From Ophelia neglecta (Eukaryota), in the NCBI GenBank assembly GCA_965285935.1, contig OZ260661.1:104904001-104968000 (forward strand): DNA of 64,000 nt, given 5' to 3'. The notes under the pieces are model-generated. The model saw only the letters and a program-made list of their open reading frames with translations, did no database searches and was not told where the DNA came from. Shown piece after piece: positions 11,642 through 23,338 of this stretch. Numbering within the stretch: position 1 is the first letter of the stretch; each line of letters opens with the position of its first letter. The translations under genes and the position numbers were made by a program.

Positions 11642-13191
11642 TGTATATTGATGTTGTATAAGATCATTAAAGTTAATAATGTCATGGTCATTTAAATAAT
11701 ATTGAGTCCAAACATTATTGCCGACATTTACGACTTCTATAACCATCTGTTCTGTTTCATATAAATTATAACTATAAACTTATAGACCAATGAGCATTTT
11801 TCTTTGATTTTCTTTTGTTTCGATTTCCAGCCACCCAACGTAACCCAAATTAAATCCTTTATTGCCCACATATCTTTCGCCAGACCATTGAGATAAAAAA
11901 CGAATTGATCAGCTGGTATGATATTCAAGTGCCAAATTAAATGATATTTTTCTCAAAGGTATACTAAATCCATCGATATAAATAAGCCCTTTCTAGCATG
12001 ATGCTCCCCGACGTAACCCTCTTTATGGATATTATGTGAAGAAAGTATATGTTAAAAACTTTTATCGGTGGAAATGGAACGACTTACTAGCTTCCTTTAC
12101 TGTGTTGTGAACTAACAAGCTTCATTAAAAGTGCTGTTGACTTACAGGCATACTTAACTGTGTTGTTTGATGGGTAATAGATGCGGATAACGGGGTCCAA
12201 ACGTATTAAGTTACTTTGATCTATTCCACTCCTCCTTGGGTTACGAGAAATATGTATCCTCTTCATGCTACTGCAACATCGTATGTTGCCCGAGTTCAGT
12301 CACAATGAAAGCGTGGCTAGTCCACTTTACCCTTTAACATTTCAAAGCACTGTTGCCCTCTAGAATCCATTGAATATTTACACCCCTCTTTGGTTATACA
12401 TTTATCAAGATAAACTTTCATATTCTCATATTATTGGAGAGCTTGGTCCAACAAAGACTCTCCTAGGGCACTTTACACCTTCTTCCTACAAAATGTTGTC
12501 CAACATAGACTCCCCTGAAACATATTTTGACTTTGTGTTACATTGACCACAGACTAGTTTGTTTTGTGCGGTGCCTCCGTAATTAAAGCCATTGTCTACT
12601 TATCATTGCAGGTGATACCATTATTAATCTTAAAGTTGATTTCGTTACAAGCTTATTACGGTTAGGGTACTGAGGACTCACGTTTTTGGCCTACATGAAC
12701 GATTCGTAATGATGACGGGTCGTTTTAAGTTATTCTATTTATCAATGATATATTGTTCTGTTCGCCGGGTATCCGTCTCTGTTTTTTAAAGTCATCCCAT
12801 TTAAGTATCTTTCAAAAACCCATTCCTTGGGAATAATGACCAAAAAAGCAATCGCAGTTTAATATTCTAATTCGCACATTATATGGGTTTTATTCAGGTA
12901 AAATGCAAATAGTAATAGTAATGCCACTCGTTTGCATTCGAAATAGGCAGGGAGGGAATATCTAACTTCAAAGACGTCACTTGAACCATACAAATACATC
13001 TATAACGATCAGATAACAACAATGTTGAACTTGCTTGGCTCTTACTCGATATACTCAATACATGTGAATACAATATCATGCAATATTTTGTTGCGTGGAA
13101 TGGTGCTACTGGTTGCCTGAACCAGTTATATATTAGTAGCATTAATTATTTATTCGACATGTATTCAATGTGACAAACATTGTCATTTCAG

Positions 13192-13902
13192 GTTATATTG
13201 TTGTCAGGGAAGAAAGTTTTTTGCTCTGGATATGACCTAAAAGATTATGCCGAAGCTGAAAGGGGAGGAATTGGAAACCAGAAGATGCCATGGGATCCAT
13301 ACGAAGATTTCAAATTTATGTCTAGGTGTAATAGAGCATGGATGTCACTCTGGAGGAGTGATAAGCCTGTGATTTGCAAAATTAAAGGGGTAGCTATTGG
13401 AGGAGGAAGTGATATGGCCCTTTGTTCAGATGTCATTTTTGCAGACGAGGAAGCAAGAATAGGGTATCCTCCTTCTAGAGTTTGGGGATGTCCAACGACA
13501 GCTATGTGGTTTTATAGGGTCGGAATGGAAAGAGCAAAACGAATAATGTTTACTGGGGAAATAATGACAGGAAAAAGAGCAGCAGAAATAGGACTTATAG
13601 GAGAAGCTGTTCCAAGTGATAAATTAGACGAGACTGTTCAAATGTTTATCCAGCGCATCATAAATGTGCCGACCAATCAACTATTCTTCCATAAGCAAGT
13701 AATTAATCAAGCAGTGGAACAAACGGGCTTATTCCAGACTCAAAGATTAGCAACATTCATCGATGGAATGACCAGACATACACCCGAAGGTGTGGCATTC
13801 CAGAAGAGGGCCCAGGAAGTTGGATTTAAAAAGGCGGTGTTTGAACGAGACACAGGCGTAGATGCTACTTGGTCAAATATTGATACAAAATCGAAACTAT
13901 AA
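13192..13902 (+). CDS. Crotonase-family terminal exon copy B (C-terminus ...TKSKL, peroxisomal PTS1)
   Basis: Phase-0 acceptor TTTCAG|GTT; paralogous to copy A; ends AAA TCG AAA CTA TAA. AATAAA at ~14018. Confidence 0.88.
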   Translation, partial: VILLSGKKVFCSGYDLKDYAEAERGGIGNQKMPWDPYEDFKFMSRCNRAWMSLWRSDKPVICKIKGVAIGGGSDMALCSDVIFADEEARIGYPPSRVWGCPTTAMWFYRVGMERAKRIMFTGEIMTGKRAAEIGLIGEAVPSDKLDETVQMFIQRIINVPTNQLFFHKQVINQAVEQTGLFQTQRLATFIDGMTRHTPEGVAFQKRAQEVGFKKAVFERDTGVDATWSNIDTKSKL

Positions 13903-15027
13903 TGGAGCTGCGCATTCTTCTGTGAACTTGATGAATACAAGTTTGATGTTTAGTTTTACATGCCAATGATACAGAACATTTTCTAGTGAATAGTTACTGA
14001 CAGTAGGGCCTATTGCCAATAAAAGAAATAACTTACGTCAAAAGGTCCTGGACCTGGAACAATCTTCTCTTTTTTATTCTGCAAAAGCTCTTCAAAAGTT
14101 TTTGAATTTGTTAAAGTGTTTTTCGGTGTTAATTTTTAATAATCAATGTTAATTGCACGTGGTTTTCTCATTGCTGGATCGACTCAAAAATTGTTGGTAC
14201 AATAAACAAAACTGGTATCTGCATACAATAAAGATACTGAGATAGTAAAATATTGATCAAATTATTATTTAGGTTAATATCAATGCATGCTTATAACTAT
14301 TTACTATTAACACTATTTCATCAAATCCCCACCATCACAATATATTATTGCGTTCACTGCGGGTATGTTTTAATCGAAGGATATCTTCATTAACTTTAAC
14401 ACTGAATCCTTTGTTATGTGTTCTCACTCGTAAAGGCGCTTATTCCCGTTTCAAGTTATATCAATTTTCATTTTTTTGTTATTAAAAGTAACTACAACCT
14501 TATTTACAGTTATGTAACACGGGATTAATGGTTGTGGGCCTGCAGCTGATAGTTTCGGATGATTTCAGACTAATTTATCGGATTAGCCTCGAATAATGAT
14601 TTATCTCAGTTTGCCGTATATTCTTTGAAACCCAAACACGACTGCCCCAATAAAGGCAGAGAAAAAAATCAATATTAACATGAAGGAATGCACAAGCTTT
14701 AGAAACACGTTTGTTTATGGTTTAAGGAATGTCTCAATATTATAATGAGGCATTTTATTCAGTTACAAACCTGTAAAACGCCAATGCAGTTTCTCAAGGT
14801 TCATAATTATTATGTAGTGAACAGAAAACATTCAATGGAACATTAAGCCTGATCCAAAATGACAAAGCTTAGCACTGTGACGGGCAATGCTGTTGTACCT
14901 ATCTGATATGAATAAGGTATTAACAACACCTGAAAGTTTCAATGACTCAACACAGAGTTCAATTCCCTATGGCTGTATATACCTGTGTTTCAATGTAATT
15001 TTAAAATAAAACAAAACACTAGATATA

Positions 15028-15068
15028 TGTCAAAGTTTCGGCAGGCAGGCCTGCCTTCATCTGGACTT
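15028..15068 (-). ncRNA. Degenerate minimal hammerhead-ribozyme motif of the Penelope pseudo-LTR type
   Basis: The minus strand reads GTC CAGATGA A GGCAGG cctg CCTGCC GAAA CTTT GAC. This has the GTC/GAC stem I, a 6-bp stem II and GAAA, but core substitutions relative to CUGAUGA...GAAACGUH. Confidence 0.5.
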
Positions 15069-15932
15069 GGTAATGAAAGGTTATTATCCATACACAGTGC
15101 CTTGGTAACCCTTCCCCTGTGACGCCATTATCATGTAACATCCTATCAACAACCAATACCTTGTCCTAACTACGCATCTCACACATTGGGTGCTAGAGGG
15201 ACCACCCCTTTACTCCATAATAATACTCAGTAACGCTACCGTAATCCACCGAGCAAACATACCCATGCCCCTTCCTCCTGATCCCCATCACTACATTTCA
15301 CCCCCTTTCTAAAAGTCAAATCAAATTATTCTTTAGACTAGTTATTAATTAGGGGAATAGTTTCCTTTATTGTAATTTATTATAGAACCCAATGTTGTCA
15401 GCGACCTACCCAACCCTTACTCCTTCTGGAATATTTGTTTCGGTACAAAAAGAAAACCCCAAACTTGTAGATTGTCATGTGGTAAAACATATGAACTTAT
15501 TCAAACACAAATTAGGATATTACTTCAGTATTTCTTATGTTAACGTTCCTTGCACCCCTCGAATATAATGGCTGCCAAAAATGCACAAGAGACCACATAA
15601 AGACCAGATCATAGCAGGGTCAAAGTCATACACTACCAAAGATCTTTCAGCACTGTTTACGAAAGCTTTACAAGCTGTTAAGAAATGTTGGTAAATGTAT
15701 TGCACTGTAGTCCTTCGTAACTCAGGTGTCTACACGGTACTACTTACTGTAAACGCCAGAGTAAAACTTTCGAAGCGATTCCGTTCTCCATCCGATATTC
15801 TGCTGTCCGTGTTTGTGGCTCTGTCCGCGTGTTTGGGTAGTCGCACTTTGTTACGTTCATGCTTAGTCGACATACTTTGTAAACATGCTGTGGACTATGC
15901 CTTTCCCCTTGGCAATAGTCCGCAATGTGAAA

Positions 15933-18900
15933 ATGGCAACCTTTCTTCGTCCTTTCAGCAGCCAAGTCATGTCCAAGCGATGTATAAAGGTAAGTGGTAT
16001 TATTATAATGATCATACAAGGTTTACCAGGACTACGTTTTTCTGGGCATGATGGGCTTTGTAGGCCAACGAGGTCCACAGGGCTCAGGAGACCATCGGGT
16101 CAGAAAAGCAGGGATTATACTGCAATCACCATAGCTTTGGAGTCAATGATACCAAATGTCTCAGAGTTAAAATATGCACCCTCCCCCCCCCCTCCGCCCC
16201 TCCCGACCAATGCTATCACACCAGTGCCCCCCCCCCCCCCCCCCCGCTATATATAGCCATGTCCCTTATAGCGCCTATATGGTGTTTTGCATTTCTAAAC
16301 TTGTTTATTAGTTTGATGTAGTAGTACACCTGGATTATATAAAGTAGCATAGCAGAGTTTTTTCTTTGACTTACCTTTCTCAAACATTATATATATATAT
16401 AAATGTGCTGATTTTAATAATATTTAAAATATGACACATATTGAAATAAATTGCAATGCATGTCTGTAATCAAAGCTTGACCATTATGTTTTCATTAAAG
16501 AAAAGATACATTGTATTATTATTTATATCCTGATTTGCAGGTCGGAGATACTCTCCCAGATGCAATCTTGTATGAGAACAGCCCTACAAATATTGTTCAT
16601 GTGCGGGACTTATTTGTAGGCAAGAAAGGTGTCTTATTTTCAGTACTTGGGGCTTACAATCCAGGATGTTCCAATGTAAGATTTTCAAAACATATTCTGA
16701 TTCTTAGATTTAAAGAATATTTGGATGAAAAAATAATAATTTTAATGCTACACTATTATTGCATTCAGTTATGTTTAATAATACAGTTTTGTTATAATTT
16801 TATTAATAAATATGCTGTGTTTTTAATGAAAGAAGAAAGTATTTTAATCTTATGCAAATATATTTTATGGAAAAAACTCACAGCTGTCTTTTCTTTTTAC
16901 AGGCTCATATACCAGAATATATACATAATTATGATCAATTCAAGGTAAATATATAATCACAGCGTTTTAGATACCGGTAGTATTGTATATCTTCATGCCT
17001 CCACCCCGAAGGGTCCGGAGGCATTGTTTTCTACTTCTATTTGTCTTTGGCAATTGATTGCATGAGAATTTTTGTCAGAAAAAACATTTATTGAGTAATG
17101 GTTGTGCTTTTATGCTGTGTTAAATGTTGGGCAATTCGCTTTGTGAAGCATGGTTTGCTTTCGCCAAGCAAATCTTTGGGCCAGCAGAAATTTTGTTCTC
17201 ATTTCTTTCCCTGAAGTTCAAAACAATACCAATATGATACCGGTAGTATCGGATACTGGTATGCAGCCCTACATGTGTGCAGATTTGCATTGCATTTGTA
17301 TAGATAAAAGTACATCAGAACCTTTGTAAATAATTGGAGGGCCGATCTCTTTTAAATCCATGTGTCTTGTATAAATTGAACAATGTTAAACTGTTAAATG
17401 GTCAGAGCTTTTGTGGTCTCTTTAAAGTTGCATATTAATTTATATAGGTCTTGAGTCATTTAGTGTTAATGTGTCAGAGTGCTTGAAATATTGATAGTTC
17501 ATTCAATCAGTGACTTCTATAGTAGCACGAATGACATTATACAGGTTATTTAGTTGGACATCATCTCTTTTGTAGGATGCGGGATATAGTGCTCTGGTCT
17601 GTGTGTCTGTTAATGACCCATTTGTCATGGAAGCTTGGGGATGCAAAGTTGATCCGGAAGGAAAGGTTGGTACTGCTCCAGTAAAATCCTGAAGGGCATT
17701 TATTGGCTTTTTTTTGTCAATTTTAAACCCTTAAAAAGCACAGTATAAGAATTACAAAAGACTGTTACATGATACATCTTCAAACCATCAATAGATAGTA
17801 ATAAAACTATACATCTTCTGTCATCCGGTCTTTTAAAGGTGGTTAAGACCAACTAAATAATATCTGCAAAATGCTGGGTCATGGTTAAATATATTAATAC
17901 CAGCAACCCTGTTATCAACAACTTTAAAACGTTAGACATATTTACAAAATGTATGTTGAGTAATTAATGTTTATATAAAAACGGATATACCACAGTGGCT
18001 GATGGCACCATCAATTCCCATGACCAAAATGCCCTTAGTCATCAGTCTAGTTAGGATGTCTAGTAAAGATAAATGCACCATCCAATAATAACCCACTCAC
18101 CAATAAATCACCCAAAAGGCCTATTAGAGCTTCTTAACATTTCTTATTTGTTCATGTCAAGAACTGCTTTACTGGTCTCTGGAGATGATCCCAAATATTT
18201 ACTCTATACATGCAAGGAATAAATAAAATAAAGCTCCCCTCACTTAGAAAAAAATCTTCATCTCCAGTGGCTACCCTGACTAGGTGATCTCTGCAGATGG
18301 ATTCATTGTGAACATCATACCTAGAGAGAAACTCCTAGAGGAGGCAAAAATATCCACTACCAAAACTTGAGTGCCGGAGTACTTCAAATCAGTGGTAATC
18401 ATTAACAACGAAAATATCCTCCTTTGAAAAAGATAAACAGTAAACACTGGCACGCATTAAACTGTTTTACCCCAGTGATTTTTGATGTGGCAGCCCTCTA
18501 CTAGTTCACTCTTCCCATCCTACAGCAAAAGCCGGTAAAAGCCAAATTATCTATTCCACCCTCAAACCCAAGCATTACAGAGGTAACCCATGGACACTGG
18601 TAATTAGAGCAAGTCTCTTTTGCACTAATGCAGATTCCAGCATTTTTATTAAACCTTCCCTACCCTGAATAATAGGTGTATGGCAAAATAATTACTTGCA
18701 CTTTCCTCAACACATCCTAACCATTTACATGTAATTATGAAAATGTAGGTGAAATGTAATTCAAAGGTCACTATCAAAAATTGCCACAGAGCAAAGTAAG
18801 CCTTTGAACAAAAACCACAAGGTTTTTCATCAGTGCAAATTTGTTTTGAGGTGTGTCAGCCTTTTTGTTTCAACACAAAAAGGGTGCCTAACCTGCACAA

Positions 18901-20851
18901 TTTAAGTCCCTAAACAACATTAAATTTCATTATTTTGAAACATTTTCCCTGCCAAAAGGAATATATTTTTGATTTTCATCTCATATTGTTTTGTATCAAC
19001 AAAAAACAAGATGGAAAGGAACAAAACTTTTCAAAAATTCAGATAAGTGCATGGAGGTGTTCCAACCAAAGTCTGTTATTGTTATTTAAAAAAAAACTGA
19101 AACACAGCTGACACCATTGTTCATTAGAAATCAACTGACAAATCTACTTTTCAAATGAGGGATTATGGAAATGTGAAACTAACTGTATCATTTGAAAAAT
19201 TTTGATAGAAGGAGAACAACTAAATATCAGTGGCAAGCCATATAATATGACAGGGTATGTGGGCTGCAAAACTTGAGATGTGATATGTGGCATTAAATGT
19301 TGCAAATGTTACAAATGTGTATGTGTCAAGGAACCTTATACATATAAACATATACATACAAAACAATTTGACAGGCGCATATGAAAAAGGTACTACTTTG
19401 CAGATGTCCCAGAGTATCTTAATGCCAATAGCAATTCAATGTTAGATGTAAAAATAATAGCTCTAGAAGCACAGACATTACGCATAAAATGATAAGAGAC
19501 TAGTTGTTAAAAAAATAAATACAGGTAAAAATGAACTCAATAGATAAATAATAACCTATAAGGTTGAGGATGTTTCTATGTTAAAGTGTCAATATCAGGA
19601 TAACATTTATGTAATGGCCATTATTGTTTTAACAAGTATATATATATATATGGTATGTATGATGTAATTTATATCATACAGTAACTGTCTTGTTTTATGT
19701 TTTTTACAGATAAGAATGCTTGCTGATATGAAACGAGAATTCACAAAGTCAATTGACATGGAATTAAACTGCAAACCTCTTCTTGGAGATGTTCGCTCAA
19801 AAAGGTGAGACAAGGAAAATTAAAAAGGAATGTACATGTGTGAGCAGCAAACCTATACTACTTACTAGTTAGCTCCAGGGAAGTTTGGCTACCCAGGATT
19901 TTGGTATCAAAAAGTCAATTCACCATATATGTTACTCAACCACCTGGGTGAGTGACACTCATGCTTTAGACAATCAGCCAAGAGAAATGATACAATCATA
20001 CAAGCATGGGCGGTGTTGTCTTTTGCATATTTCTGCACTGTATATATATGCTCTGTATTCATTATTAATAATTATACATTCTGCCTCTGTCAGAAAAGTG
20101 ATACTGTAAAAGGTTGACTCTCATCCTGGGATGTTTACCCTTTCTTGCATTTACTGATGCCTAAAAAGTATTTATCATGGGAGTAGGTAGATGGAATAAT
20201 CTGGTCATTGGCTGAGAGCTGAAATTGTGATCCTTATCAAGCATCATAATGATATAAATTTATGTTAAGGCAATCAATGTGCTTTTACACAATACAAAAT
20301 TGTGATATCACACATTGAAGCCACAACAAAGACCATCAGATGCAGTTATGCAGTCACACCACTGAAGTTTGCCAAAAAAAGCATATATCTGTAGCATTGT
20401 GATCTCATTTAACTCATCGTTGAAATCAAGTATATTCTTTAAATGGCTGTATTTGTACAGAAAATTAGTGGCAACAAACACAGAAATATTGTTATTGACT
20501 TTGAATAGTAAAGAACCAGTTAATTCTGGCTAACAATTAAGGTGTCAAGGGCACACTCAGTACCACTCCACATAAGAAATCCTTATGCATACCTTTGAAG
20601 ACATGGCCCTACATTCTTATGGTTTCACTTTTGAAGTTTTTCATTGATAGTAGCTCCAGGAAGCATTGTGTGCGTTTTGTTAATACTACCTAATTCTATT
20701 TTACAGGTACTCCATGCTTGTGGAAGATAACATAATTAAACATATAAGTATGGATCCAGATCACACAGGCCTGGCCTGTCTATTATGTATTCAGAGAATG
20801 AGTGCTCAGAGAATAAACCTGGACAAGAAGAAGACAGGCCAATACTCATAG
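15933..20851 (+). CDS. PRDX5: Peroxiredoxin-5-like protein (atypical 2-Cys class) with a divergent active site
   Basis: Exons 15933-15989, 16541-16675, 16903-16944, 17576-17665, 19710-19804 and 20707-20851 join in frame: ...IKVGDTLP...[23 protein letters not shown]...CVSVNDPFVMEAWG...IRMLAD...RSKRYSMLVED...DPDHTGLAC. An upstream in-frame ATG at ~15885 is possible. May be a paralogue rather than the orthologue. Confidence 0.88.
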
Positions 20852-22960
20852 CATTTCCTTTCGAGTTCTTGTTACTGCAAGTTTGGAAACATGTCATTTT
20901 TTTGTGGAGAACTGGACATATTTTTATCTGTGCTTCCCAGTGTGTCACTTAAAGCTTTCCTAGTACAAAACATACATAGTGCAAGTCTTAGGCCTCCCAT
21001 ATTTTTTTTATACAATTTTAGAGGAAATGTAATGCCCTTGCCATTTTCTGGGAGTAAATTGTGAAGGCAAAGTCTAGGTGCATCTGTGCCTGTCAGTTGA
21101 CCTTTTACCTCTAATGTATGTAAGGTTGAAATGTTTTATTGAACATCTTTTAAGTGGAATATGTGCTGTACTTTGCAAATTATATGCTGTATTTGTTGGC
21201 ATGGGCCAAGATACTAATTTCTCAACTTAAACTGGACTAACACCACACCTTTTTGAGATGTCATACTCCCTGCATCACTTTGTCACAGTAAAACACAAAA
21301 GAATTAGATAATATTAAAGAAAAACTAGTGGCTGGATTTGATTTCTCTGATTTTTTGTGTGGTGGATAAAACATTAATTTTCAGTCAAGTTTACACATTT
21401 CAGTATGTACAATTTCTGAAAAATTCCAAGTTCCTATCCTCTGAACAAAAGGTACCTGCTTTCAGCAACAAAATGAAAGCTATAGCTACCACTAACATGC
21501 TGCCTGTTACATTATGTTTCATTCTTTTTCAAACTGCCTGGTATATAGAGTTGATGGCCACTCATAAATATGTGGAAAACACCAGGAGTCCTATATCTTT
21601 AACAATTAACTAGGAGAACTCAGGCTGGCTAGAAGCCAGTTGCATCGTTACCAGCTTTATGACCACTCGACATGGCTAGGCCCCAATGCAGGAAGATAAG
21701 CATTTAAAAAAAATCTAGCATAATATTGCCATCAAAGCAGCTTTCCTATCGTCTTGCATTAAAATGGGACACATGTCCCTCTGATAGAGCATTTAGTTTG
21801 AGATCATTAATTTAATATCAACACCAAAGATAACTGCCTATTGATATGTTGTCACATGTAGTATTCTTGGAATGGGTTTGACTCCAATTGTTATATCTGA
21901 CACTGTATATATAATAACCTACAGTTGCATTTTGTTTAAGCTTTCAAGTCTGTATGGATATAGCTATAAATTTGGCCGAAAATACTCAACTGGTACTGTT
22001 TTTGTAATACATAAGTTTGATGTAGGGCTGATGCCACAGCCATATGTGCTTATGTTAAACTCTAGGCCATCATTTTTTGTTGGTTTACAAAACGCCCATG
22101 TAAAAATAATGATAAAATAGAATAAAACAGAAGATGTGAAAATCTCTGATTTTCTTATTTTTACTGCATTGGGAAAAACCGGAGGGGACAGATGCTCTAT
22201 TATGGCTATTTTTAGATAATTGCCAGTACAGGGAAGAAGTGGATGGAATTTTTTTCTTCCAAATTGGACCATTTGGCCTTTTTTTTTTTAAAAAAAAAGG
22301 TAACTATATTTCAACTGCAACTGGCAATGTTCAATCATCCTATGATTTGTAATTATATTAGGGGGGCAAAGAATCTGCAAGTCCTGGGCAAGTCATTTTA
22401 CATTTACCTTCAAGTTTTATGAAGGACACCAAATCAAATTGAAGTAGCATATAAATGCACGCTTATCCCCCCTAAGGAACTCCACTACACACTATAAATT
22501 GAATCAGCAATTTAATATCAATTAAAAATACCTCCGCAAAGTTTGGACATGCATAAAAGTTCATCAAACTTTGCATGCACATAGGCCTAGACTGACGGTG
22601 TGAAATATAAATCACGCAAAGCCAACATCATTAATTACAATTTAATTGTATTGTGCTCAGTTACGTGTTTTTTCATGCAGGACCTTCTTGTTGTACAGGT
22701 GGGCGGGAGATGCACGTGTTGACACAACGTCGGTCCGAGGTGCTCAGGTCTTGCTGGGAGTTTCGTTGAAGCTTGCACAATTTCGCTGTCGTATATAAGC
22801 CTACATGTAGAGCACCAATGCGGCATGAAATTTTCTACAAGCCAAGCGCCTGATACATTTATGCACCGTAATTGGAACAACTATATTGATTAAACGTAAC
22901 CAACAAGTTATTTATTATCTTATTTGCTTATTTTAACCTGCGTGGAAGGGAATTGGGCTC

Positions 22961-23338
22961 CCAGGAGGGGGGGGGGGGCACTTGGCTATACCAAGTTGGG
23001 TAGGGATGTGCAGCCCGAGGTCTAGGGGTCATGGTCAACAAGAGAGTAAAATTTAACTTCGAGAGAGAAATTTGAGATAAATTCATTAAAAGCCTCCTAA
23101 TAACCGGGTTAAATAATGAACTCAATACATGTTGTGTTACAAAATGACTTTTATGAGAAGAAATAAATTTGGCCGTGGAATAAGGGTCATTTTGAGAGAA
23201 AAAACAACTTTCAAGCGGTCATCCAGAGAGAAAACGTTGAAAAAAGGGGTCATTGAGAGAGAAAATGTAGGGAAAAAAGGGTCATTTGGGCGGCACATAC
23301 CCGTATACCTACATACAGTAAGTGCCCCCCCCCCCCGG
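22961..23338. mobile_element. MITE with poly-G/poly-C TIRs and a ~10-bp TSD
   Basis: AATTGGGCTC (22951-22960) + CCAGGAG(n)CACTT ... AAGTGC(n)GG + AATTGGGCTC (23339-23348). Confidence 0.8.

Noticed and set aside
11639-11695. Stop-codon readthrough adding a cryptic PTS1 to crotonase copy A
   Set aside because: The TGA is followed by TGT ATA, not a CUAG or CARYYA context, and the extension would end MVI, which is not a PTS1.
14495-14550. Sequence resembling the reverse complement of ~34020-34075, as possible ends of a 20-kb element
   Set aside because: The similarity is short and imperfect, a third partial copy occurs near 24508, and there is no TSD; best read as a dispersed repeat.
8886-20851. 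Functional peroxisomal gene cluster (crotonase-SKL next to PRDX5-like)
   Set aside because: This PRDX5-like protein lacks a PTS1, and adjacency alone is not evidence without conserved synteny.
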